Origin: an uncultured Actinomycetes bacterium
Lineage (GTDB): Bacteria > Actinomycetota > UBA4738 > HRBIN12
Length of the DNA stretch: 64,000 nucleotides
Assembly (NCBI GenBank): GCA_963704885.1
Contig: CAVPIB010000004.1
Location: 544,001 to 608,000 of the forward strand
Direction of reading: 5' to 3'
Part shown: positions 1 through 8,919 of the stretch, piece by piece
How the letters are laid out: each line of letters begins with the position of its first letter
How positions within the stretch are numbered: the first letter of the stretch is position 1
Notes under the pieces: model-generated
Told to the model about the DNA's origin: nothing
What the model saw: only the letters and a program-made list of their open reading frames with translations
Databases searched by the model: none
Program-made: the position numbers and the translations under genes

Positions 1-1
1 A

Positions 2-577
2 TCACTCGTGAACGCGAGCGGCTCCAACGTCTTCTACGATCCGGACGGCCAGAACGGAGTGTCGGCGAGCCTGCTCCAGGCGGTGGGCGGCGTGCTGCAG
101 CGCGCTCCCGACCTGATGCTGCTCTACGCGCCCACCGTGAACTCCTACCGCCGGACCAGGAGCGGTGAGTTCAGCGGCAACGGGTTGTCGTGGGGTTGGG
201 ACAGCCGCATGGTCTCGTGCCGCGTCCTCACCGAATCGCCCGAGTCGACCCGGCTGGAGTGGCGGGTCCCCGGCGCGGACGTGAATCCGTACCTGGCGAT
301 CGCCGGCGTCTTGGCCTCCGCGGGCGACGGCATCTGGACGGGCGCCGATCCCGGGGAACCGCTCGTGGGTGAGGACTACGAGCGCCAAGTGACGCCGCTG
401 CCGTCCACGCTCGGTGACGCGGTGAAGGGCTTCCGCGAGAGCGCCTTCACGACGGCGACCCTCGGCAAGGACGTGGTGGCGCACTACGCCGAGGCCGGCC
501 GGTGGGAGTGGGAGCAGTTCCAGGCGCCGAGCGCGGTCACCGAGTGGGAGCGCCGCCGCTACTTCGAAGTGATCTGA
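2..577 (+). CDS. Glutamine synthetase family protein (gamma-glutamyl-amine ligase-like), C-terminal part, truncated by window edge
   Basis: APTVNSYRR, WGWDSR and RLEWRVPGADVNPYL motifs, plus VTEWERRRY C-terminus typical of the GS catalytic domain; frame is open from position 2. Confidence 0.85.
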   Translation, partial: SLVNASGSNVFYDPDGQNGVSASLLQAVGGVLQRAPDLMLLYAPTVNSYRRTRSGEFSGNGLSWGWDSRMVSCRVLTESPESTRLEWRVPGADVNPYLAIAGVLASAGDGIWTGADPGEPLVGEDYERQVTPLPSTLGDAVKGFRESAFTTATLGKDVVAHYAEAGRWEWEQFQAPSAVTEWERRRYFEVI

Positions 578-662
578 CCCGGGTGCCTACTCGGTTGCGG
601 GGGCAGGTACTTCGGTAGCAAGATACCGGCCGCCGCCCGCGACGGAGCCGAGAGGGGATCGT

Positions 663-1910
663 ATGACCGCCACGCTCGACGGGATCGACCTGGCCAACCC
701 CGACAACTACGTCGAAGGGGTTCCGTTCGACTGGTTCGACCATCTCCGGCACGACGCTCCCGTCGCATGGCATCCCGAGCCGGCACCCAACCACGGGTTC
801 TGGGCCGTCACCCGCTACGACGACCTGACCCAGATCCACATGGACTGGGAGACGTTCTCCTCTGAGACAGGGGCCGTGGCGCTGGAGGAGCTGGATCCCG
901 AGCAGCTCGAGGTTCGCAAGACGATGCTCGAGACCGATCCCCCTCGCCACACCGAGCTCCGCAAGATCTGCTCGAAGAAGTTCTCCGGGCGCGGGGTGGC
1001 GATCTATGAAGACTTCATCCGGGACGTGGCCCGCAAGGTCCTAGACCAGGCGCTGCAGGCCGACGAGTTCGACTTCGTGCCCACGATCTCCCGCGAATTG
1101 CCCATCCGGTTCCTGTGCACCATCTTCACGGTGCCCCAGGACGACGCCCCGAAGCTCATCAGCTGGGGCGACCAGATGATCGCCAACCAAGATCCCGACC
1201 TTGCTCGGCTGGTTGTCGACAAGGACGACACCGAGGAATACAGGACGCTTCAGTTCCGCTCCCCCGCTGCGCTCGAGGTATTCGAGTACGCACGCCAACA
1301 GCGAGACGCCCGCCTGGAACAACCCACGGACGACGTGATCAGCGCCCTCACGCTGGCCCAGAGCGAAGGGATCTTGAACGAGCGCGAGCTCCTGAACTAC
1401 TTCGCCGTGTTGATGATCGCGGGGAACGAAACGACGCGACACACGATCACCGCAGGCATGCTGGGACTGATCCAGAACCCCGATCAGCTCCGCTTGCTCA
1501 AGGACGATCCTTCGTTGATCTCCACGGCCACCGAGGAACTGCTGCGTTGGGCGTCGCCCGTCATGCACTTCCGTCGGACGGCCACGCGTGACGTCGAGCT
1601 CCGCGGCCAGCAGATCAAGGCAGGTGACAAGGTCGTGACCTGGTACATCAGCGCCAACCGCGACGAGGAGGTCTTCCCGGACCCCTATCGCTTCGACGTC
1701 ACACGCAAACCTAATGACCACGTCACGTTCGGACCGGGTGGGCCGCACTTCTGCCTGGGCGCGCACCTCGCTCGCCTGGAGACCAAGATCCTGTTCCAGG
1801 AGCTGATCCCGCGCTTGGACTCCATCGAGCTGGCTGGCCCCATCGAACGGATCCGCTCCAACTTCGTGAACGGGATCAAACGGATGCCGGTTCGGGTCAT
1901 CTCCAGCTAG
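663..1910 (+). CDS. Cytochrome P450 (CYP124/125/142-like)
   Basis: I-helix AGNETT, K-helix EELLR, heme motif FGPGGPHFCLG, C-terminal RSNFVNG; SD-like GAGGGG upstream. Confidence 0.95.
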   Translation: MTATLDGIDLANPDNYVEGVPFDWFDHLRHDAPVAWHPEPAPNHGFWAVTRYDDLTQIHMDWETFSSETGAVALEELDPEQLEVRKTMLETDPPRHTELRKICSKKFSGRGVAIYEDFIRDVARKVLDQALQADEFDFVPTISRELPIRFLCTIFTVPQDDAPKLISWGDQMIANQDPDLARLVVDKDDTEEYRTLQFRSPAALEVFEYARQQRDARLEQPTDDVISALTLAQSEGILNERELLNYFAVLMIAGNETTRHTITAGMLGLIQNPDQLRLLKDDPSLISTATEELLRWASPVMHFRRTATRDVELRGQQIKAGDKVVTWYISANRDEEVFPDPYRFDVTRKPNDHVTFGPGGPHFCLGAHLARLETKILFQELIPRLDSIELAGPIERIRSNFVNGIKRMPVRVISS

Positions 1911-1999
1911 CGAAGCCCCCCACGGGAAGAGCGTTGACCCCGGGCGCTGAACTTCGGGTAGGCGGGCTCAAGCGATCGTCGCGTTAGGTCGATGGTCGG

Positions 2000-2950
2000 G
2001 TGATTCCCCGCGCCAGGAGGCCGAGCGAAGCGATGGCGGTGAAGGCGGTCGCGTTGGTCTTGTTCGCGCCCGCCTTCGCGGTGCTATTCGGATGGCTCTA
2101 TCGAGGGCTCATCGGGCGGCGGCCGGGACATCGTGAGTGGACGAGGTTCCTGGCGGCGGAGGTCGTGCTCCTCCTGATCCTGTCGGTGGTCCCGAATCCG
2201 GTCTTCGCAGCATTCTCTTTGGCCTGCGCCGTCCTTGCGCTTGGACTTTCGATGTTCTGCTTGATCGTGCAAGCGGTCCGGCGCGTTCAGATCGGACGCT
2301 GGCGGGCGCGCGCCAGGGCCACGGTGTCCGCGGACCCGGCCGAGCTTTCTCCCTTGGAGGGGCCACTCTCACCGTGGCTCTCCACACAGGCCACCGAACT
2401 TGAGGCCAGCGGCTTCCGGCAGACCGAGCAGGGGATCGACCGCGACGGTTGGACGTATCTGATCTTGTTCCGTGAGTCGGACTCGGTTGCGGCTGAGGTC
2501 GGGATGCCTCCACTGGATGATCGCCGCTTTGACGCGACGAGGCATCGAGTCGTCGAACTGACCAGCATCCTGGAGGGGCACGCAGGGGCGCTGTGCACGA
2601 ACTCGAGGATGGCGTTAGGACCGTCCTACTGGAGAGGGGAGCTCCGGCAGCACTTCCCGGGGGCGGCCGCGCCCGTGCTGGTCAACGAGCACGAACGAGC
2701 GGTCCGGCTCCTGGGGGAGCGCGGGATCGCCGTCGAACGATACCCCATCGAGCGTCTCCACCAGGAACGCTCGTGGGGTCTCCGGATGATGGCGGCGGCG
2801 CTAGCTTCGACGTCGAACCGGGCGATCGTGAGGCAGTTCACGCCGGATGCGCAATCGCAGCGTTGGCTGTTCGGTCGTCTCGAGGATGACCCCAACCTAT
2901 GGCAGCGCCTCCAAGACCTCCCACCCCCTCAGTCGACCGTTGCACACTGA
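2000..2950 (+). CDS. Hypothetical membrane protein (about 3 N-terminal TM segments plus soluble domain); start could be ATG 2033
   Basis: 316 aa ORF filling the gap; hydrophobic N-terminal segments; no recognised motif. Confidence 0.6.
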   Translation: MIPRARRPSEAMAVKAVALVLFAPAFAVLFGWLYRGLIGRRPGHREWTRFLAAEVVLLLILSVVPNPVFAAFSLACAVLALGLSMFCLIVQAVRRVQIGRWRARARATVSADPAELSPLEGPLSPWLSTQATELEASGFRQTEQGIDRDGWTYLILFRESDSVAAEVGMPPLDDRRFDATRHRVVELTSILEGHAGALCTNSRMALGPSYWRGELRQHFPGAAAPVLVNEHERAVRLLGERGIAVERYPIERLHQERSWGLRMMAAALASTSNRAIVRQFTPDAQSQRWLFGRLEDDPNLWQRLQDLPPPQSTVAH

Positions 2951-2970
2951 CCGAGCCAACTCAGATCGAG

Positions 2971-2989
2971 CTAGTCCGCGTGGGACTAG
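2971..2989. terminator. Short hairpin between convergent genes
   Basis: CTAGTCC-gcgtg-GGACTAG inverted repeat overlapping the MarR stop codon; no U tract. Confidence 0.3.
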
Positions 2990-3483
2990 TCTCCGTTGCG
3001 ATCCACCGCGCGATACATCGAACGCAGCAGGTTCGCGAGCGCATCCTGTTCCGCTCGATCCAGATGCGAGGTCAGCTCCACCTCGGCGTGGTTGAAGCGT
3101 GGGAACAGCGCCTCGATCTTGCGCTTGCCCGCAGGGGTCAAGGACACCAGGACCATCCGGCCATCGCGCACGTCCTTGCGCCGACGGACGAATCCTCGTC
3201 CCTGCAACGTGGTGACGACACCCGTCGCGGTGGGACGGCTGACCCCCACCGCCTGCGCGAACCCGCGGGTCTCCATCTCGCCCCAAACCCAAAGGACCCA
3301 CAGGCCGGTGAACGACGTCCACGACAGCCGATCGGGGCCGAGCACGTTCGCCTCCATGTGACGGCGGATGGCGGCCGACGCCCGGAACAGGTTGGAGACG
3401 GCCCACATCGCGCGGAAGTCGAGGGCCTTGTCCCCGAGGACCTCCAGGACCTTGCGTTCGGCCGGCAGTAGGTCGTCGCTCAA
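2986..3483 (-). CDS. MarR family transcriptional regulator
   Basis: wHTH pattern VSRPTATGVVTTLQGRGFVRR-DGRMVLVSLTPAG; TTGA overlap with the decarboxylase stop. Confidence 0.9.
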   Translation of the reverse strand: MSDDLLPAERKVLEVLGDKALDFRAMWAVSNLFRASAAIRRHMEANVLGPDRLSWTSFTGLWVLWVWGEMETRGFAQAVGVSRPTATGVVTTLQGRGFVRRRKDVRDGRMVLVSLTPAGKRKIEALFPRFNHAEVELTSHLDRAEQDALANLLRSMYRAVDRNGD

Positions 3484-4907
3484 CCGGCGCCCTCGGCCGC
3501 GATCCGCTCACCCAGCTCGCGCGCGACGTCCAAGATCGCGAGCACGTCCTGATCGGTCGTGCGGAAGTTGACGAAGCACGGACGTAGCCAGACCTCCCCG
3601 TCGATCAGCGCCGAGGCCAGGTACACACGGCCGTCGGCCTGGATCGCCTTGGCGAGCGCCTGGTTGTGAGCATCGAGATCCTTTACGCCCTGCGGCGCGT
3701 GACGTATCGGCACGATCGAGAGCTGTGGCAACGCCACCATGGTCTCGAAGTCACCCGATCTCTGGGCGGTGCGATACAGGAGGTCGGCCTCGTGGAGGTT
3801 CTGCTCGATCGCCAGACGGAACTGCTCTGCGCCGTGCGCTCGGAACGCCAGCCATAGCTTGAGCGCTCGGAACGGACGTGAGTACTCCAGAGTGATGTCG
3901 ACCGCATGCAACTCGTGCTGTTGGTGCGGGAGGTAGCCCTGCTCGTGCGCGAACGCGCGTGTGAGGGCGCCGTGTTCGCGGACCAGCACGACCCCGCAGG
4001 CCTTCGGCAGGTAGAGCCACTTGTGGGCGTCGACCGAGACCGAATCCGCCCGAGCCAGGCCGGCGAACGACGGCGTGTGACTGGGGACCGACGCGGCGGG
4101 CAAACCGTACGCTCCGTCCACGTGGAGCCAAACGTTGCGCTCGTCGCACACATCCGCGATCGGATCGAGCGGATCGATCGCGCCGGTGAGTGTGGTGCCC
4201 GCGGTCGCGACGACCGCCACGGGGGTGACTCCTTCGGCAAGGTCACGGTCGATCGCTTCGGCCAGAGCGTCTGGTCGCAGCCGCCGGTGCGCGTCGATGG
4301 GGAGGTCTCGCAGGTTCTCCGAGCCGATCCCCAGGAGCTCCACGGCTCGTGTGATCGAGTAGTGCACCTCGGACGAGCAGTAGACGGCCACGGGCCGGCC
4401 GGACAGGCCGGTCGCGCGCGAACCCGGAAGGGCTTGCTCGCGTGCAGCGGCGAGCGCAGTCATGTTGCTGATCGTCCCCCCGCTCGTGAACGCGCCGATG
4501 GTGGCCGGGAACCCCACGAACTCGCTGACCCAGCGGACGGCCTGCTGCTCGATCTCGGTGGCGGCGCGGGCATCTACCGCGAGGTTGATGTCGTAGGTGT
4601 GAGCGAGCAGGTCCGCGATCGTGCCGATCTCGAGGCCCGAGGACCCGATGAAAGCGAAATAGCGAGGGCGCGGCTGGGCGATCGACTCGTCCAGGATCCG
4701 CGCGGCGTCCTCCAACACCTCATGGACCGGAACCGGTCCCTCGGGAAGGCCGGTGCCGAGGAGCCCCCGCACGCGCTCGTCGAGCGGGGGCTCCTCGGGC
4801 CGGTACCGGTCGAAGCTCCGCCAGGCCTCTTCCACCAGCTTCGTCGCGTGCGCGAGAACCTCCTCGCGCGGAGCATCGAGCCGGAGCGGCCGTTCGGGCT
4901 CCGTCAT
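3480..4907 (-). CDS. Group II PLP-dependent amino acid decarboxylase (aromatic-L-amino-acid/DAB decarboxylase-like)
   Basis: FTSGGT, HYSI, AGTTLTGAID, WLHVDGAYG, DAHKWL (PLP lysine), SRPFRALKLW. Confidence 0.92.
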   Translation of the reverse strand: MTEPERPLRLDAPREEVLAHATKLVEEAWRSFDRYRPEEPPLDERVRGLLGTGLPEGPVPVHEVLEDAARILDESIAQPRPRYFAFIGSSGLEIGTIADLLAHTYDINLAVDARAATEIEQQAVRWVSEFVGFPATIGAFTSGGTISNMTALAAAREQALPGSRATGLSGRPVAVYCSSEVHYSITRAVELLGIGSENLRDLPIDAHRRLRPDALAEAIDRDLAEGVTPVAVVATAGTTLTGAIDPLDPIADVCDERNVWLHVDGAYGLPAASVPSHTPSFAGLARADSVSVDAHKWLYLPKACGVVLVREHGALTRAFAHEQGYLPHQQHELHAVDITLEYSRPFRALKLWLAFRAHGAEQFRLAIEQNLHEADLLYRTAQRSGDFETMVALPQLSIVPIRHAPQGVKDLDAHNQALAKAIQADGRVYLASALIDGEVWLRPCFVNFRTTDQDVLAILDVARELGERIAAEGAG

Positions 4908-4927
4908 GTTCTTGATGGTACGAGCGC

Positions 4928-6418
4928 TCAGATCTCCTTCCCGTCGATCTCGGTGTGGAGATCGTGGAGCACCCGGCTCGCCGGATCACGGCCCTTCGCC
5001 ACGCTCATGACCACCAGACCCAGAACGAACCAGATCACCGCGTACCACGGAGCCAGCACGGTGGGACTCGGCACCTTGTAGAACGAACCGAAGATCGCGG
5101 CGCCCGTCATCACCAGGCCGAGGATGATCGAGATCCAGACCTTCGCCTTGCTGGGATCGTCCGCGAGCCCCCGGATCGCCCCGAGCGACATCAGGAAGTA
5201 GACGACCAGAAGAGCGAACCCTCCGAAGGTCGCGCACCAGGCGAACAGCGAGAAGTAGTGCGGCAGGCCTTCCAGCGCGAACAAGCTGTTCCACCACTGG
5301 CTCGCCACGATCAGCAGGGCCTGCACCACGATCAGGAAGACGATCGCGCCGACCGGAGTCCCGTGCTTCTCCGAGACCGTCGCGGCCATGGCTGGCAACC
5401 GCCGGTCACGCGCCATGGCGAAGACGCCGCGCGTCGACGCGACCGCCGCTCCAACGTATACGGCCAGCATGTCCAGGAACACGACGACGAGCAGCAGCTT
5501 CAGAACGAAGTCGGAGCCGAACTCGCCACCCGGCGCGCCGAGCGCGAACAACGGCGCACCCGCCACATCGGGGCTCGTGATGATCGACATGTCGAACCCG
5601 AACCCCGCCACCTCGACGTAGGCGGCGATGATGTAGAAGACAGATACGACCACGACGGACAGCAGGACCGCACGCGGGATCGACCTCTTCGGCTCGGCCG
5701 TCTCCTCCGCCAGGTTGGCCGCCGTCTCGAACCCAACGAAGATCAACACCCCGTAAAGGACGCCGAATACGATGCCGGAGAACCCATCCGGCGACGGGTC
5801 CGGGTTGAACGCCTTCGCGAAGTCGTTGTCGCCACCGAGCCGGACGATCACCGACAGGAAGTACGTGAGCACGACCGCGACCGACACCAAGGCCAGCGTC
5901 AATTGGACGCGCGTGGAGATCTGGACGCCGAAGTACAACACCACGAACAGTCCCAACGCGAAGATGGCGTCCCACAGCCAGATCGGCAGGAGACCCCCTG
6001 TCACGTCGAAGACCCCCGGCATCAGGTTGTCGTGGACGTACCCTCCGAGCAGCACCCCCAACCCAGTGGTCAGGATGATCGTGCCGGCGTAGTAGAGCCA
6101 ACCGGCCGCCGCCCCGACCGTGACCCCGAGCCCGTTCGTGACGTAGTCGTAGAGCGATCCGGCCGCGTGGATCCGTTTCGCGTACTGCGCGACGATCCAT
6201 CCCAGCGCGAACACCCCGACGCCCGAGATCAGCACCGCAAGCGGAGCGGACGTTCCGGCGCCACGAGCAGCCGCGTTCACGCCCACGATCAGCGGGATTA
6301 TGAACGCGGCGCTGAACACCGGACCCATGAACCCGACCGACTGCGCGATCACATCTATCAGGCCGAGCTTCTTACCCCCGAGCCTTTCGTAGCCGACTTC
6401 CGACTGTTGATCTGCCAC
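4928..6418 (-). CDS. APC family amino acid/amine permease
   Basis: About 12 TM segments, AGSLYDY and FVGFETAANLAEET motifs; GTG start at 6418 after GGAGGG SD. Confidence 0.9.
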   Translation of the reverse strand: MADQQSEVGYERLGGKKLGLIDVIAQSVGFMGPVFSAAFIIPLIVGVNAAARGAGTSAPLAVLISGVGVFALGWIVAQYAKRIHAAGSLYDYVTNGLGVTVGAAAGWLYYAGTIILTTGLGVLLGGYVHDNLMPGVFDVTGGLLPIWLWDAIFALGLFVVLYFGVQISTRVQLTLALVSVAVVLTYFLSVIVRLGGDNDFAKAFNPDPSPDGFSGIVFGVLYGVLIFVGFETAANLAEETAEPKRSIPRAVLLSVVVVSVFYIIAAYVEVAGFGFDMSIITSPDVAGAPLFALGAPGGEFGSDFVLKLLLVVVFLDMLAVYVGAAVASTRGVFAMARDRRLPAMAATVSEKHGTPVGAIVFLIVVQALLIVASQWWNSLFALEGLPHYFSLFAWCATFGGFALLVVYFLMSLGAIRGLADDPSKAKVWISIILGLVMTGAAIFGSFYKVPSPTVLAPWYAVIWFVLGLVVMSVAKGRDPASRVLHDLHTEIDGKEI

Positions 6419-6458
6419 CTGGAGTCCCCCTCCCTCCGGTCGCGCCTCGCGCTGACCG

Positions 6459-7337
6459 CTATCCCGTCCAGCCGTCGGCCGGACGCTCGAACCACACGTG
6501 CACCTGCCCCGTCCCCACCGAGGCCTCGTACTCACTGAACCGCTCGCCCGGCGCCTGGCAACGCGCGCCGCCGATGGCTCCCGCCATGATCAGGTAATGC
6601 CCGAACTTCCCCTCGGGACCGAACTTCCGGTACTCGGGAAGCCAGTCGATAACACCCGCGTGGTCGCCAGACCCAAGTAGCCCCAGGACGTGCTGGTCGG
6701 CGGCCGCCGACTCCGGCGTGATGATGTTCTCGATGCTCGAGGACTCACGCGTGCGGAGCTCCCTGAACGGGAGGAAGCGGTGCGACATCCCTCCCGACGC
6801 CAGCAGGATCACTCGGCGGTCGAGCCCGGCGATGGCCTGCCCGAGCATCTCGCCCAGCAGCAGGTAGTCATATGTGTCGGCGCATTGGTTGATGCCGACC
6901 GAGACCCAGCGTTCATCACCGTGCAGGAACGACCAGATGTTCACGGTCCCGTACTGGATCGGGAGATACGGGTCGTCGCATGCCAGCACCCATGTGTCGT
7001 CACGAGCGTCGGCGATCTTGGCCAGCGCTTGGGCCAATCCGGGGTCGCCGGGCATGTCGTACTCGATCTGGCTCATCCCGCGAGGGAGTTCGTGCGACGT
7101 GAATGTGCCCTTCCGCCGCTCCTCGGACGTGATGATGTGCTCGAACGTTACGTCCCAGTGCGTGTCCATCACGACGACGGTGTCCGGCTTCAGCCGGTCG
7201 AAGCACTCGGTCTTCATGCGCCGGAGTCCGGGTACGAGCGTGATCTCCTTGCCGTCGTTCATCTCTAAGCGAACCTCTTCCGGCAGCATGATGGTAGGGA
7301 CGTGCGCCACGATCGCTGCGCCGACGATCTCACCCAT
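6459..7337 (-). CDS. hpaD: LigB-fold extradiol dioxygenase, 3,4-dihydroxyphenylacetate 2,3-dioxygenase-like
   Basis: AHVPT, DTHW, ASGGMSHRF and GTGQ motifs as in E. coli-type HpaD; substrate not certain. Confidence 0.8.
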   Translation of the reverse strand: MGEIVGAAIVAHVPTIMLPEEVRLEMNDGKEITLVPGLRRMKTECFDRLKPDTVVVMDTHWDVTFEHIITSEERRKGTFTSHELPRGMSQIEYDMPGDPGLAQALAKIADARDDTWVLACDDPYLPIQYGTVNIWSFLHGDERWVSVGINQCADTYDYLLLGEMLGQAIAGLDRRVILLASGGMSHRFLPFRELRTRESSSIENIITPESAAADQHVLGLLGSGDHAGVIDWLPEYRKFGPEGKFGHYLIMAGAIGGARCQAPGERFSEYEASVGTGQVHVWFERPADGWTG

Positions 7338-7343
7338 GTGCGT

Positions 7344-8807
7344 TCAACTCCCCTCGTTCCACGGTGCGGTACAGACGTTCTTCACGTCAGCGTAGAAGTC
7401 GAAGCTCCAGATCCCGCCCTCGCGGCCGATCCCGGAGGCGCGCGATCCTCCGAACGGAGCGTTCAGATCGCGGACGAAGAAGCAGTTCACCCAGACGGTG
7501 CCGGCGACCAACCTGGCGCTGACGCGCTCAGCTCGTTCCCGGTCACCCGTGTACAGGATCGCCGCGAGGCCGTAGTCCGTGCCGTTGGCGAGCAGCACGG
7601 CCTCCTCCTCGTCGGAGAACGGCTGAACGGTCAAGACCGGTCCGAACACCTCGTGCGTCAAGATCTCCGAGCCCGCGGGGGCGTCTACGAAGAGCGTCGG
7701 CCGGTAGTAGAGGCCACCTAGATCCTCGTTGGGGCCGCCGCCCAACGCGGCCTTGGCGCCGTCGGCCTTGGCGCGCTGCACGAACCCGTCTACGCGCTCG
7801 AAGTGCTCCCGGCTGATCTGCGGTCCGATGTCGGTGGGGTCGTCACGGGGATCCCCCTGCCGGATAGCCCCCGCGGCCTCCGTGAACCGGTCCAGGAATA
7901 CGTCGTAGATCTCGCGCTGGATCAGCAGGCGCGTTCCGGCCAGGCAGACCTGCCCCGCGTTGTCGAACTGCCCCACCGCTTGCTTCACCACAGCGTCCAT
8001 ATCCGCGTCGGCGAACGCGATGAACGGCGACTTCCCCCCAAGCTCCAGCGAGACGGGCGTGAGGTTCGCACCCGCAGAAGCCGCGACGAGCTTGCCTGTC
8101 GGCACCGAGCCGGTGAAGGCGATCCGGTCGACGTCGGGGTTAGCCACGAGCGCTGCGCCGGCCTCCTCCCCGATCCCCTGCACGACGTTGAGTGCGCCGT
8201 CGGGCAATCCGGCGTCATGCGCGATGTCGGCAAGCATCGAAGCCGTGAGGGGCGCCCACTCCGGAGGCTTGAGGACCACGGTGTTCCCCGCGGCGAGCGC
8301 GGGCGCCAGACGCCAGGTAGCGAGCATGAGAGGCGCATTCCATGGCGTGATCACCACAGCGACGCCCGAGGGATCCCAGGACGCGCGCTCGTTGAACCCG
8401 TTGAAGTCCACGTCGGCGCCACCGAGCTCCAGCAGACGGTCGGCGAAGGATCGGAAGTTCCGCGCGACGCGCGGCATGACGGAGTTCCTCATCGAACGCT
8501 GGAGCGAACCGTTGTCGCGGGTCTCGACGGTGGCCAGATCCGGGACCCGAGCCTCCACGCCATCGGCGATCGCGTGCAAGATGGCGGCTCGGTCGATGGG
8601 CGCCAACCCTCCCCACGTAGGGGCGGCGTCCCGCGCTGCCGCCACGGCGGCGTCGGCCTCTTTCGATCCCCCGCGCGAGACCTCAGCGATCGGCCGCTCG
8701 TCGATCGGCGAGACGTCGGTGAACGTGGCATCGGAGGCCACGCGTCGCCCGCCGATCCAGTGCTCGGTCGAGACCTCGACACCCTCGATGGTGGCGGATG
8801 CGCCCGT
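7344..8807 (-). CDS. Aldehyde dehydrogenase, hydroxymuconic semialdehyde dehydrogenase (HpaE-like); probable ACG start at 8807
   Basis: PWNAP, FTGS, LELGGKSP, GQVC, EVFGP and the family motif VRDLNAPFGG-SGIGREGG; SD GGGAGGT 6 nt before ACG. Confidence 0.88.
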   Translation of the reverse strand, partial: TGASATIEGVEVSTEHWIGGRRVASDATFTDVSPIDERPIAEVSRGGSKEADAAVAAARDAAPTWGGLAPIDRAAILHAIADGVEARVPDLATVETRDNGSLQRSMRNSVMPRVARNFRSFADRLLELGGADVDFNGFNERASWDPSGVAVVITPWNAPLMLATWRLAPALAAGNTVVLKPPEWAPLTASMLADIAHDAGLPDGALNVVQGIGEEAGAALVANPDVDRIAFTGSVPTGKLVAASAGANLTPVSLELGGKSPFIAFADADMDAVVKQAVGQFDNAGQVCLAGTRLLIQREIYDVFLDRFTEAAGAIRQGDPRDDPTDIGPQISREHFERVDGFVQRAKADGAKAALGGGPNEDLGGLYYRPTLFVDAPAGSEILTHEVFGPVLTVQPFSDEEEAVLLANGTDYGLAAILYTGDRERAERVSARLVAGTVWVNCFFVRDLNAPFGGSRASGIGREGGIWSFDFYADVKNVCTAPWNEGS

Positions 8808-8860
8808 GCAGCTACCTCCCGTCAGGATGGGTCGAACGTCGCCCGGTCGTTCGGGAGCGA

Positions 8861-8890
8861 ACGGTATGGCGACCCGCCGCGGCCTGTCAA
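8861..8890 (-). promoter_or_regulatory. Sigma70-type promoter of the ALDH-dioxygenase-permease operon
   Basis: Minus strand TTGACA (8890-8885), 18 nt spacer, TACCGT (8866-8861). Confidence 0.65.
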
Positions 8891-8919
8891 GCGGGGTAGG
8901 GCCCACGAAGGGCGCCGGG

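Noticed and set aside
1903-2977. TCCAGCTAG / TCGAGCTAG near both ends of the orphan membrane gene as a possible target duplication
   Set aside because: Only 8/9 nt, includes a stop codon, easily due to chance
4955-6538. 527 aa plus-strand ORF, and similar long shadow ORFs (10189-11733, 13946-15502, 36512-38227, 60872-63130)
   Set aside because: Antisense to well-supported genes; expected from high-GC codon bias; no recognisable motifs
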